Assembly (NCBI GenBank): GCA_013265495.1
Contig: MU058213.1
Span: 2,046,001 to 2,110,000, forward strand
Reading direction: 5' to 3'
DNA from: Vicugna vicugna
Lineage: Eukaryota
Length of the DNA: 64,000 nt
This document shows positions 11,530-24,706 of this stretch, piece by piece. A model generated the notes under the pieces. That model saw only the letters and a program-made list of their open reading frames with translations. It searched no databases and was not told the DNA's origin. Each line of letters begins with the position of its first letter. Position 1 is the first letter of the stretch. Position numbers and translations under genes: made by a program.

Positions 11530-13765
11530 TTGAATGATTCTAGAAAAGTCTTCAAGAAAATGACATTTGAAAATTTCTCAAGTAAATAAGTAGGTTCCCA
11601 TCTGACTATGAAGGTCACTACTTGACAAATCTAACCCTTATATGAAGAGTGTCCACTTGGATTTTAATACCTTACTTTTACATTTTGATAAGAAGACAAA
11701 AGATCACCAAAATTATGTAGAAACCTCCAATATGAGGGAGATTAAATCATACCCATTTGAAAAGGGAAAAGGAAGAAACAGACAATTCAAGGAACAGAAT
11801 AAAATTTCAAATAATATTCTCTGGGAAAGGAAAAGCTGAATGCATTTTAAAATTAACACTGAGGCACTATATTTTAAAAAGAAACAAAGAATGAAAAAGG
11901 TCTTTTGAATTCAAACAGTACTAAAATACACACTTTAATAGAAAGGTTGAATAATAAAGTTAAGGCAATCTTTCTGAAGGTAAATAAAAATGATAAAGAG
12001 ATTGACAGTGGAAAAGAAAGGAGAACTAGGAGATGAATCCCGACTTCCAGGACCTTACCAGTCATCCCAGAAGAGAGAACAGAAAGGTAGAGTGTGACTG
12101 ATCAACCAAAGAAATAACAGAAGAAAATCTAATAGAAATAAAGGACATAGACTTGTTGATATAGCCTCTTTGAGTGCCCAGAGAATAAAAACAAAATCTT
12201 TTATGCAGATGTTTATTGCAGCTATATTCATAACTAGAAATAACTCAAATCTCCTTCAACTGATGAATATGCAAACTCTGATATTTCTGTATATACCACA
12301 AGGGAAAGACAATATTGTAAAAATTCCCTCTGAAGTATGACATTGATGCAATCCCAATAAAAATCCCATCAGAAGTTTTCATAAAAATTGACAAACATTT
12401 GAATTTATCTGAAAAGGCAAATGAACTAGAATAGTAAACAATTTTGAAAAAGAAGAACAAATTTGGTGGACTCACAAAACTTATTATCAAACTACAGTAA
12501 CACTACACTATAGTGGTGAAAGGAAACACATAGAGATCAGTGAAACAAAATAGAGGGTCCAGACACAGACCTGCACTGGCATGGTCAATTGATTTTTGTT
12601 TAAAGGTGCAAAGGCAACTGACTGGAGAAAGGATCGTATTTTCAACAAATAGTCCTGTAACTGTTCTCATCCACATGTTAAATGAATGAGTGAACTTCAA
12701 TCAATGCTTTGCACCTTATACAAAAATTAACTCAAATGGATCACAGATATAAATCTAAAACATAAAACTATAAATCTTCTTGAAGAAAACATTAAGGGAA
12801 AAATCTTTGTGATCTTGGATTAGCAGAGATTTCTAGATATGATGCCAAAAACATGATCCATTAAAGTTAAAAAAATGGAAAAACTGGACATTATTAAAAT
12901 TAAGAATTATGGAAACACTATTAAGAGAAAGTAAAGAAAAGTCACAGGCCTGGAGAAATTATTTTCAGAATTATCCAATTGAGAACTTGCATCCAGAATA
13001 TAAAATAAGCTCTCCAAACTTAGTAACAACTGAAATAACAACTGAATTAAAAAATGCCAAAAGATTTGACCACTTCAAAAAAAAAATTACGGTTATAAAG
13101 TGAACACGTGAAGCATGTTCAACATCAATTAGGTACTAAAGAAATGAAAATTAAGCTACAATGGGATGTCAGTCAACCCCTGTAAGAATAACTAAACTTA
13201 AAAAGAAACAACATTGCCAAATGCCAGTGAAGGTGAAGAGAACCTGAAGTTCCCATACATTGCAGGATTGCAAGATGGTTAAGCATTTTCTTACAAAGTT
13301 GAACACATATTTATTTTATGATCTAACAATCCTACTCCTTGGTATTTACTCAAGACAAATGAAAATTATGGTCATGCAAAATCATGTATGCAAATGCTTA
13401 TCACAATTTTATTCATAATGGGAAACAACTCTAATACCCATCAACTGGTGAATATACAAACTCTGGCATATCCATATGTTGAAATACTTCTCAACAATTA
13501 AAAGAAATGAAATACTGATATAGGCAAAAAGGTGAATGAATCTCAAATGTATTATGCAAACTGAAACAAATCAGCCATTCTGGAAAAGGCAAAATGAGAG
13601 GGACAGAAAATATATCAGTGGTTGCCAGAGGCATGGGATAACTTTGTAGGATAATAGAACTATTCTATATCTTGATGTGTTGGTGGTTATGTGACTGCAT
13701 CTGTTTGCCATTTTTAAATAGAACTATACTTCAAAAAATGTGAATTTTACTGTATATAAATTTAA
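11530..13765 (+). mobile_element. Old L1 (L1M) fragments: ORF1-like piece, ORF2 3' part, 3' UTR
   Basis: Degenerate ORF2 motifs (GCAATCCCAATAAAAATCCCA, ATACAAAAATTAACTCAAATGGATCACAGA); 3' UTR with GTGGTTGCCAG and TGTGAATTTTACTGTATATAAAT. Confidence 0.85.
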
Positions 13766-14559
13766 AAAGATAGGAATTTAAAGAGTCATTCACTTAACCA
13801 TGCAGAACAAAATAGAGAGGCTAGAGTTTGTTTTATTGCCAGTGTAATAACAGCTGATCAAAAGATTGCACACACTTCTGTGCCTGGATGGGTCAAGGGT
13901 AATATTCAGGAATATCATATCAAGACGGTATTTCAAAAGTAGAAAAAAAAATTGGGCCAGATGCCTCATTTGTACAATCTTTACAATATTTATTTGAAAT
14001 TATTTGCAATTTTTGAGCCTCAGGGGATAATCCCAGGGTCTTCCTACAGCAAAGACTTCCTTTTCTTAAAAGCTAAAATTGCATGAAACTGAAGAGCCAG
14101 AGATTTGTAATTTGTGAATTCTGGGCCTGCCACTGACTATGTGACTATAAACAAATTATGCAATTTTCAGGAAGATAATAATTTTTCATCAGTGAGGGTA
14201 TAAGTTCTCTGTAAACTATAAATGCTATGCACATGTGAGATGGGAGGATTATTGAAATAATTCTGTCCCTGCAGAAGTAGGTACAGATATGAAGCCTCTC
14301 TCCTGTCCCCCTAGCCTCCTTGCTCTCTCATTCTGGCTTGCTACTAGATGATCAGGTGACACACCATCCTTCTAGTGACCAACACTAGAACTGCAGACAT
14401 AATGCCTAGAGACAGGTACCTTGTTCTTCAGGGCAGGGGCTCTCTACTTTATCTGTAAGACTAAGATCACAATGTTACACATGAATTTTCACTGATAAGG
14501 GACTCTCCAGCCATTGAGACCACAGAGACCAACTGACCTTGAAAGGCTTGTTAGGAATC

Positions 14560-15480
14560 CTTGCTCTAAGCACTTCCCTAACTAGAAGATTTCATAGGTC
14601 AGTAAAATTTCAAAGAAAATGAGAACAAACATAGGATTGCCTATTTTCGTTTTGCCAAGTAATAGCCTTAAAAATAAAACAAATTCTGAAACCCTTATCA
14701 AAGCAAAAGTAAAAACATACCAAGTTACATTATTATGAAGTTATGCAATACCAAGAAGAATAAGCAGTTTCTAAAAACTTCCAGAGAAAATAATAAGGAT
14801 CACCTGCAAAGGAAGAATAACTGTCTTGGACTTTCCTGTAGCAATGCAGGATGCTAGAAAACAATGTATCAAAGTCTTCAAATTTTTTAGGAGAAATGAT
14901 CTTTAAATTAGTATTCTGTACCCAGCCAAGTTATCAAAAAGTTGTAAGATGTTTTATATTTGTAAGAACAGAATGGTAAGCCTCCCATACACACCTTTTA
15001 GGAAGCTGCGAAGAAAACCTTCAGAAAAACAAAGACATTAACCAAGAAATAGGAAGGCATGACAACTAGGAGTAGAAGGAACAGAAGAGTCAACATGAAA
15101 AGAAGCGAAGGGAAAATTCGGTGTGAGACACATGCACAAAGCCCAGGAAGAGCCAGTCTGTATTGAAGTGGGGAAAAATGGTGCAGGAGACAGTCTCTAG
15201 AGGAGAAAAAAAGTGCAGTAGATGGATTATGTAATATGAATGAGCTTTTGAAAAATGACTGATAGACATTTGTTGAATCTGCTTGAGCACTAGAGGATAA
15301 AAAAGGACTAAAAAATTAAGTGAACACAAAACAATGTAATGGTACTTTTTTTGGTACAAAAAAACCCCATTGTTTGAAATGAAAAGAAAAAATAGCATTT
15401 ACAATGATAACGGCTAACATTTATGTGCAAAAAATTGTAAATAAAATTCCCTTACTTGAAATTTGCTGGAAGATTATAAT
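14560..15480 (+). mobile_element. Old L1/HAL1 ORF1-region fragment
   Basis: AGTATTCTGTACCCAGCCAAGTTATCA, an ORF1 'ILYPAKLS' motif. Confidence 0.7.
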
Positions 15481-15489
15481 GGACATTTG

Positions 15490-15970
15490 CTCTATTTTTC
15501 ACCTTCCCAGGCTCTTGGAACAGTCTTTCTATTTGGAGGAAATTTCCCACTCTACCAGTTTCTACATTCCCAAAGGAGAAGGCAAAACTTTTCTTGCCCA
15601 GCTTACCTTGTAGAGAGGGTGCAGGTATGTGATCTAAGCTCACCTGTCAGCTGCACCCACAGGAGACATAGAGTAGTATAGAGGTGACAGAGTAGATGCC
15701 TTGCAGAATTTAGCTATGTTGGTGGCGAAGACCTCCACTCCCAGATGCAAAGATGGCAGTGGCTCTAGTGACAGGATCCAGGGCCTGAAGCAGTGGTGAG
15801 ATTTCTGCTGCCTGTGCCCAACAGCGAGGGCAGTCACATTTTCACAGAACAGTTCTAAACTATTGGTTGTTGTCCTCAACAGTGCCTACAATGTACTTTA
15901 ATAAGTTAATTTTCTGTGAAACTTGTAGGGTGGATTTATGTCATTTACAACTAAACCCCACAATGAATAA
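15490..15970 (+). mobile_element. ERVL solo LTR (LTR33-like)
   Basis: GGTATGTGATCTAAGCTC...GATGGCAGTGGC...TTTAATAAGTTAATTTTCTG...TTTACAACTAAACCC. Confidence 0.6.
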
Positions 15971-16247
15971 GAAGAATTTTGCATTTAGTGTTGACATTTC
16001 ACATGCATTCTTTCACTAGATTATAATCCCATAAACCAAGATGATATAATATGAGAACTGTGATAATACCTGGCAATGGCAAATATGTGTAGAATTTTAA
16101 ACAGTGTCCTTCTAATTAGTCATGGGAGAGAGAAGTCCGGGATTTATAATTTTTAATGCTATTCAGCTAAAGCCCTAACTATAAAAAGTATAGAATTTTT
16201 AACATTGTCAAGTGCAACATGACATTTTATCCAGGAGAATGGACTTC

Positions 16248-16276
16248 TGTGTGTGTGTATGTGTGTGTGTATGTGT
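16248..16276 (+). repeat. Interrupted (TG)n microsatellite
   Basis: Directly visible. Confidence 0.9.
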
Positions 16277-18159
16277 TTTCTTTCCTGAACTGACAGTGAG
16301 ATTGAAGATCCTTGGGTGACTTTTAAACAAGTTATAAGCCTGTGAAATGAGGAACTTTAAAAAAAATGATGGCAGATTCTTGATTATAGCGGTGCCATTG
16401 AGCAACCACTATAATATAATATTTTAGATGAAAAGTAACATTGAGACAGGTTATTTTTCCAGCACTTGATTTCAAGGTCAAATATATTTCTTCTTACTGT
16501 TTTGGAAGTGCCTACATTGAGAGGAAAATGAGAAAAGACAAGTAAATGCATTTTTATGATAGAACTCTAGATCTTAAAAAAGATAGATATTGAAGCAATT
16601 TGAAGTTGTTCTATAACAGTGACCAAACCTAGTTGTTTTCCGTGCTCTAAATGCTTCATACAAAAGCAGAATAACTACCTGAGACAATGTTGTAGAATGA
16701 ACGACTCAGAGGCACTTTGGATTTTGCAGTCTCCTTGTGAATTCTGCCCAGATGTCTATATAAGTGATTGCAGCATTGTGTACTTACTCATCAGCAGATG
16801 GAAGCTTCCAGAAGAAAATCTGGCCCATAGATTTTAGCACACTCTGACATGAAGGGAAGGTTAATTCCCAGAACTTAATTATGTTAACATCCCAGAAATG
16901 GTCAAGGAACAGAATAGTCTCTAGTTAGTATCCTAGTACTACGTATATTATCCGGAGAGAATCAGTTCACGAATAAGGACTGAACTCCAACTTATAATGG
17001 CAACAATGCCTTAGTTTGGAGAGTGCTTCTTCAATAAACTTTCACACATATTATTTTAACTGATACAATGAAAGCACAATACAGCAGAAATGAAATACAC
17101 AAGCAGCAGAGAAAGGACATGGCACAGAAATCATTTGCTTTTGACTTTGCATTGCTTTTGGCAATTCTGCATGGTGTCATTTTGAGGTAAACCCTTGTTC
17201 ACATCCTAAGAAGCTGTTTTCCTTTGGATTCTCTTTTATGTCTTTAGTCCCTTTAATTGAACCCAGTTCATTCCGTAGATAATATTAACTACCGTCAGTT
17301 CTCAACTTCCCATCCTCAAAAATAATCCAGATCACTTCCTTTTTGCTCATCCTTATCTGTTGATCCATCCTTTCACACTCCCTGGTTCTTCTGTCTGCTC
17401 TGCTCCCACCCGTGCCCTGTTTTGTTCTAAGTTTCTACTCCTGTTATTTACCTCCCTGTTTTGTCATTACAGCCCCCAATTTCTCCTTTTATTGTACAAG
17501 TCAAAATTACAATTATACATCCATTTGCTTATTTACTTGTTTCCCCCACTGTACTATTATAAACTTCATGAGGGTAGTTACACAGTTTCTCTCACCACTA
17601 CATATTCAATCATCACCAGAGTGCTTAGCGTATAATAGATTTTTAATAATGTGTTGAATAATAAAACAAATGACTAAACTTATATCGCTAATTAACCACT
17701 TGTAAAGAAAACTTAAAGTTAGATCCTAATTCATATCTCACTAAAAACTTCCAGATGAATTCTAGATTTAGAAGAAAGAAACGAAACTACAAAATTTTTT
17801 GAGTTAGATATCAGTAAATATTTTAAAATTTGGTGTGGCTTTTCTTTGTCATATTTCTTCTTCCATCTCTTCTGCCATTAAATTTCCCCTTCCTCCTCTT
17901 TCTACTTCTAATTTTTGTTCTGTTTTTAGAACAAAAACATAAAAATGATACCCACTTATTATCTTTTAAAAATACAAAAAAACTATCCAGGAAATGAAAG
18001 TCCATTCATATTCCATCTACCCATTTACTCCCTCATCCCAGACAAACCAAGATAATCTTTTTGTTTGTTTTTTATTTGAGAAAAGCATTTTGTGTGTGGG
18101 CCAGAAGCTAGGGGGTGATGGTTGACTGCCTGGTTCATAAACCATGCCTTCAAGCTGTA

Positions 18160-18325
18160 ACTTTAAATGGTGGAAAGGGCTAGGGAGCTCTGTGGGGTCT
18201 CTTTTATAAGAGCATTAATCCCGTTTGTGAGTGCTTCACGACCTAATCATCTCCCAGAGGCCAACCATTTGGGCATTAGTTTTGAACATAGTAATTCTGG
18301 GGGGGAAAACATTCAGTCTATAGAA
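18160..18325 (-). mobile_element. MaLR LTR fragment (MLT1A/MST-like)
   Basis: GTCTCTTTTATAAGAGCATTAATCCC...GACCTAATCATCTCCC...AAACATTCAGTCTATAG. Confidence 0.75.
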
Positions 18326-18519
18326 GTAGCTAAAAGTGCTGCTATAATGAAAAACCTAAAACATGTGGCCTCGGCCTTGGGTCTAGGTTAGGGGCCAATG
18401 TTGGCAGGATCTCAATTTCTAAAAGGTGGTTTAATTGTAAACTGAATTGTATTCCCAACACAGTGTTCAGAAAATGGTATAGATGCTAAATAAATATCTA
18501 CTGAATAAACAAATGAGGT

Positions 18520-19080
18520 CTTATAAATAAGTAAAACAAATACCCTGATTTAAAAATGGTCAAAGAGAATAAATGGGCATTTCAGTCAGAACACAAAACT
18601 TGCTTAGTCTCAAGAAATGAAAACAGTCTCCTTGCTGGGTGTTTGTTTTACCTATCAAACTGACCAAAATAAAATAGAATGATTCTAGGAAGGCATGAAC
18701 TAGCAAAATATTTGCTAGTGTGAGTGAACATCAGTACAATATTTTTGGAGGGCATTTAGCAATACATACTAAATGCCTCAAAGATGCATATGCCTTTTAA
18801 CCCAACGATTTAAATCTTAGAAGAATTTCCTGAGAGGATAATTAAGAATTACACAGAATTTTAGCCATAGAGATGATCTCAATGCAGTATTTTTTATTAT
18901 AATAAGAATTTATTTATGATTGTCTGGCCCTAGGAGATGAATTGTCTGTAGTGTAGCAAAAATAATGTTACAAAATTGTACTGATGGGCATGAAAAAATG
19001 TCCATGATACATTTCTGAGTAAAAGAACAGGTAACATACTGATGTGTTTGGTATGATTCCACTTTTATTAAAATGTATAA
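18520..19080 (+). mobile_element. Old L1ME 3' fragment
   Basis: Degenerate ORF2-end and 3' UTR motifs (ATATTTTTGGAGGGCATTTAGCAATA, TGGTATGATTCCACTTTT). Confidence 0.6.
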
Positions 19081-19272
19081 TACATAATATAAAATAGATT
19101 ATACTGTTATATACATACATATAATTTAAATTTTTTCATACATACAAAATATGTATCATGTTTATGATATCAGGTAAAGACTGTATCATATATGGTGATA
19201 CATGTTACACTCCATACATCATATATATGTATCATATATCATGATATATGTTATACTCCATATATATATATG
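19080..19272. repeat. Degenerate (TA)-rich simple repeat / minisatellite
   Basis: GATAYATGTTAYACTCCATAYAT repeated at a 46-bp offset within TA-rich sequence. Confidence 0.75.
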
Positions 19273-19519
19273 AAAAAAAGTCTGAGAAATTTCCTAGGGA
19301 GTGTTAACAGGTAAACTGCATAGTGTAAGTGAGGCCAGAGATGCATGCTGGTACCAGCTCATTCAGGGCCTTTAGTTCCTAATAGAAACTTGGTTATTTC
19401 CTTCAGAGCAGCATGGAGCCAATGTAAGATTTTAAAGCAGAGTAATAGTAAGATCTGGTTGTAATAATTGCTGTGTGGAATATTTCAGAAGTGAGCAAGA
19501 GAAGCAACTATAGCACAAC

Positions 19520-19755
19520 GACTAAGAATACAGACCCCAGAGCAAGAGAGACTGGAGTTGAATCCAAGATACTCCCACTTAAAATCTGTGTGAACTTGGA
19601 CAAGGCATTTAATCTCTCTGGGCTCCAGGTTTCCTCTTCTATAAAATGATGATGTTAATAATATTTACCTCCTTCCCAGGAAAGTTATGAGGATTAGATA
19701 CTTCAGTGAAAAGTGTTCAGAGTAGGACCCAACACAGACTAAGTTCTATATGTTA
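19520..19755 (+). mobile_element. MIR SINE
   Basis: CTGTGTGAACTTGGACAAG...GTTTCCTCTTCTATAAAATG. Confidence 0.8.
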
Positions 19756-21477
19756 TTATAATTCCCCTTTTAGAAATAAGGAGGCTTGCTGAAGTTAAGT
19801 AACTTGCTCAAGGCCATATGACTGGAATTTTGTGGTAATGGTATAGCTTTAGTTGATGATGAAGTGGGATGATCGTATGTTCCCTGGGTTAGAGTATGGA
19901 GCACCACACCACCAATTAATATCCCCAAGGGAGAACAACTCTATTGAAGATGTGATCATGATGATATTGGCATATACATACTTGATTCCAAGTACCATAA
20001 AACATGAGTGAAGTTTTTTTATTTTTTTGAGATGACTGTAAGTATTATGTATTTTTCATCAAGATGAAAACTAAGCCCAAAGACAAACTAAGTGTTCTTA
20101 CATCCTGGAGAGTTACCTAACCTGTCTGATTAGCTCCTCCAGTGCAGTGCCTCTGCTTCCAAAGTTGGGAGGGAACATGGTGATATACATGCCTACTCTG
20201 GAATTTAAACATATGTCTGCCCAACTACAGAGTTACGCTTAGTCCATTGATTTACAGGCTTTCACTTCTATTAAAATGCATCGTTGTGGTCGATTTAGGA
20301 CTCCTGAGATAACATAATGAGCAGTTTAAATCTCCTTGGTACCACAGAGTGACACAGCCAGGAATGGTTTATTAACAGGTCTGGCTGTTGACAAACTTGT
20401 CAAGTGGAAGAAGTTGGTATAGCCTTACCCTTTGGGATCTTTCAGCGCTTTATTTATTTTGGTTCTCACTTCAGTTTGTTATCTCCCTGAGAGCACACTT
20501 ATTTCCAGTCCCCCCCCCCCCAAATCCCACTTCATCGGAGAGGGCATTGTGACCCAGTTTATTTCATTAACCTATACTGGTCGGCAAGTGGGGCTGATGG
20601 GTTATCCCAGTGTGTTGTGTATCCAAGCACAACCACCAAGTGATGTTTAGGCACTTATTACTCACTCAGCAACTACCTCGTGAACATCTGTTGTTTTAGG
20701 TGCTGAAGAAAAAGCAAAGAGCAGCCTCTAGGACCTCAGCACTATCTTACAGACTAAGATACTTACATTATTTCAGACAGATAGTGTGACAGTCTAGGAA
20801 GAATTCCTCTCCAGTCAGCCTCTTGGTTCTAGTGCTTCTTTTGTACTCGCCCTAATAGTTACACTCCCTCTCTCTCTTCCCTTGTTTTTACTTTTATTAT
20901 TTATTTCATAGGAAAAATGTATTGAGGTTTTCTGTGCCCCTTGTTAGTAGATGAAGGTATTTTCAGCTGGTGCACTAATTGATCCCTATGTCTCCTACCT
21001 TTATCTTTCTTCCCTAGAAGGAAATATTCTAATTCCTAAAACATTACCAGGATCTTCCTAATTTTAGGCTTTTTTCCATTAGTTGACAAGTCCTTTCTTC
21101 TCTCATTTCCAGAGAACAACTAAACCTCACTTAACACCTTACTTTGAGTTTCTCAGAGATCTAGTACATGTGCAAGAGTCCCAAAATGTCAGCATTTTAA
21201 CCCAGATTAAGAATCTTTTGATGAAATTTCATTTATCCTAACAGGGCCCAAATAATGAGAAAGAGTTATGTCAGAAGAGCAGTCTAATTGGCTGAACCTC
21301 CGAAGACCTCTTTTGGAAACAAATGAAAGTGATGGTGGTAAAAGACCAGTCAAGTTAAGAAGCCTCTGCTTCCTGTGTAGGGCGACAGAGCAGTGAAGGA
21401 CTGGGATGATCATCAGGTAGCAGTTCTCCACTGGCAGAGGTCATTATGGTTGTGACAATGCCTAGAGTTGCTCCTGG

Positions 21478-21943
21478 TGAGACAAACTGGGACCTGGGAC
21501 CCTTTGCTGCAGTGCTTGCACCTGGAAAAATGTCTCCTGAAGCAATAGAACACAAAGAAATTATAGGGACTAAATATAACTGTGTACATGTGCAACTGGG
21601 GCAAGGTATGAATAACAAGATACAAAAAGACCAAAACCCTGCTGCCACTTCTGAGGTGTCGGGAACAAAAGCAGGTGACTGTGCATGATCCCTGCACATA
21701 GCACCACCAAGGGGTGGGCAACCACCTGGGCCACCCCTCTGGCCCAGCCCATGGATCTGCCCTACTCTCACCCATTTAAGTGACAAGCTCGCCCCCACTC
21801 AGAGAGCAAGCGAGGGAACCTGTCAGTTGTTTTCACTTCCTCATGCTGCAGCAGGAGTCCCAGTAAAGCCTTGCCTGAATTTCTCATCTGGCCTCTTACC
21901 AGTGTCCACTGATTAGGGAGTCCAGGAACCCTGGCTGGTAACG
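21478..21943 (+). mobile_element. ERV1-class solo LTR with 4-bp TSD CTGG
   Basis: TGAG...GGTAACG (terminal CA changed to CG); CTGG on both sides; AGTAAAGCC poly(A)-signal region. Confidence 0.9.
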
Positions 21944-22105
21944 CTGGCATTTAGTGCCTGGGCCCCAGAATGCCACCAGTGTAGCAGAGCGCTAATAAGC
22001 AGCACTGTTAGTTCATTCCCTTGCCAAGGGGAAGGAAATGACGTGGTGGAATCTCTTCCCCAAGGTCATATGCCCAGCCAGTGCCAGAGCTAGAGACAGA
22101 CCTTG

Positions 22106-22539
22106 TGTTACAGACCCAGATCCTTGGACTCTTTAATCAAAAGAAATTGATAAGAGACCAGATGAGAGTTTCAGGCAAGGCTTTGTTGGGACTCCTGCTG
22201 CTGCATGAGGCAGTGAAAACAAGAAGTAGGTGCCCTTGCTCGGTCCCAAGAGGAGCTGCTTACGTCCTTAAAAGGCTTAACAACAGGGTCAGTTCCCTGC
22301 GTTGGGCAGGAACCACAGCTTAGGTGGTCTCCCCACCTCCTTGGTGCTGCTGTGTGCAGGGATCATGCACAGTACCCTGTTTTTGCTCATAGCAGCTCAG
22401 AAATGGCAGTTGGTTTGTGGCCTTTTCGTATCTTATTTTTCACAACTGTCCCAACTGTGCATGCATGCATGTTGTTGCAGGAGACGTTTATCCAGATGCA
22501 AGCACTCGAGTAAAGGGTCCCAGATCCCAGCCTACCTCA
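22106..22539 (-). mobile_element. ERV1-class solo LTR of the same family with 4-bp TSD CTTG
   Basis: Reverse complement TGAGG...TGTAACA aligns end to end with 21478-21943; CTTG on both sides. Confidence 0.9.
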
Positions 22540-22934
22540 CTTGGAACTCTATTCTGGAATTTTTTCCACTGGACCCACTTTTCTACACAACTGCTTCTTA
22601 TATAGTCAAGGGAAAATTGTCCCACTGAAAAAAGAGCTTCTTTAATTAAGGTGCGATATTTTCACTCTTCTCAGATATTATTTCTCACACTCTAAATCCT
22701 TCTTTGGGGTGGTTTTCAGTGACATTTCAATAGCAGCCTCATTCTGCGGTTGTAACTATTTTTGGGGGGCAGGAGAGGTAGTAGTTCTGTTGCTTATCTC
22801 CTCAAAATCTTTTATTAAACTTGATCTTTATTTTCCTACCTAATCCAAATAACTTTTGACTATTTTAGAAAACCAAACCTACCTTCAAATGTATAAAATG
22901 TGCTGTTTTTAAGCATCTAAAGGGATGGATGTGC

Positions 22935-23480
22935 AGTTCTCATTCAACACATAACATTTATTGCAAGTATCTCATGTGCCAGGTGTTATATTAGGTTCGG
23001 GTGCAGGAGGTATAATGTTAACAGAAAAAAATATGATCCCTACTCCACCTCAGTCACATGAGAAGGTAAGCCCCATTGGTGGTTGTAGAGATATGATGAG
23101 ATGCTATATGAATATCAAGAAAGGGCGCTTAATCCCGAGGTGGGCAGTCAGATAGGCCTCCTGGAGGGCTGATGCCCCAGGTGAGATCTGAGGGGTAGCA
23201 GGTGATAATCAGACAAATGGTAGTAAGAAGGGATCTGCAATAAGAACAGGAGATTTAGTCAAAGAGAACAGCATCTGCAGATCTTGGGTCACTGGAGGAA
23301 ATGTGGCACAGCTGTGTAAAAGTAATAATGCAGTTGTCAGAAATGTAGATATGCTTTTTTTTGTCAGTTCAGAAATGGAAATGGAAGTGGTACCAAGGCA
23401 GATCTTACAAGCCAGGCCAAGAAGTGTGGATTGTATCTTGAGGGAAATAAGTAACCATTGAATGGTTTTAAGGAGAGAAT
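22935..23480 (-). mobile_element. L2 fragment
   Basis: CATTCAACA...CATTTATTG...ATGTGCCAGG; GTAACCATTGAATGGTTTTAAG. Confidence 0.7.
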
Positions 23481-24706
23481 TGTTAATTCCGAAAGTAGAA
23501 TCTTGAATAATTAATTGGCTTCTAAAACTTGGAAATTCATAGGACAGCATTCATTAGATGCAGAGAGTGTGGTCTGACAGTCTCATTGAAATTCGTCACA
23601 TCCACTCCCAGCGATGTTGTAAGCATGTTTCTGATCCTGGACTGCATTTAGCACTGATCCTATCCTCCCTTCTGTACTTAGTGACAAGTCCCTGTCCCCA
23701 ACCAATTCTTCTAATTAGTGCTTATCAATGCTGGGGACAGATGTTGTCACAGTAAAGAATGAGGTGACTTTAGTTCAGAGTACAGGAGGATAGCATCAAA
23801 GACGGGGGATTTATAGCATCACCACACACACAACATAATTAAATATTAATGAAAAATGTCACTTTTCCTGTTACTACCAGGCTTTTATTTTGAAAAGATA
23901 ATCTACTGGACCAAATGGTGAAAGATACATAGTGCTATCTAAGTGCATGTTGGGGATGTAATTAGCAATGTTTTGGAAAAAGTGCTTTCATAGATTGCTA
24001 AAGGATAGATGGGCAGAAAGTGTCCCCTGGAGATGTATGCAGTAATTAAAGAGGTGTTTTTGAGTGCTGACTGAGGAATGTTTTTTATGTGTAACAATAG
24101 TAGCACTTTATTGACATTTTTCTGCGTTAAATTAAAGCACCAGCCATACTCACGTGTGTACCCCGGAGAAGCTGTTGTATTTCACATGCTGATATACAAG
24201 TGAAAACTCAGTTTGAGCCTCAGTAAAATAGCAGTGAAACATTCCTCAGAAGATTGACTATGAAAAACTAGTAATAAACATGGCAGTAGTGAAAGAGTAA
24301 ATGTTTTCTCCAGATAGAGGAGCTTTGTACTTGTTTAAAATCACATGACGTGGAGACAGGTAGCAAAAGATTAGATACTCGAGAAGGGAAAAGAAATAGG
24401 ACTTTTTTTTCTGAGATAATATGAAAGAATGAGAGAAAATAAACTGAAACATGAGAATGTAAAGGTAAATGGGGAAGAAACAGAAGATCATTGCTTATTT
24501 ATACCTGCTCTATTTTCTAAAATAATTTGAGGCACCTAAAAAAAAGGACAGGGGAATAATGAAGTTAGTAAACAGAAAAAAACCAGGACTTAGAGAGGAG
24601 GAAGAAGCAAACATGATAACCATGAGAGCTAATATCCTTGGAGTGATCAGGTGTCATATTGGGCTCTGATGTTTTTGGCAGTCAAGGCAAAGGGGAAATG
24701 TGATAT

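Noticed and set aside
16800..16814. Perfect three-unit heat-shock element GGAAGCTTCCAGAAG
   Set aside because: Only 9 specified bases, so a chance hit in 64 kb is plausible; far from the promoter and without other support.
21478..22539. A single element with long terminal inverted repeats (DNA transposon or foldback)
   Set aside because: Each arm has its own LTR termini and its own distinct TSD.
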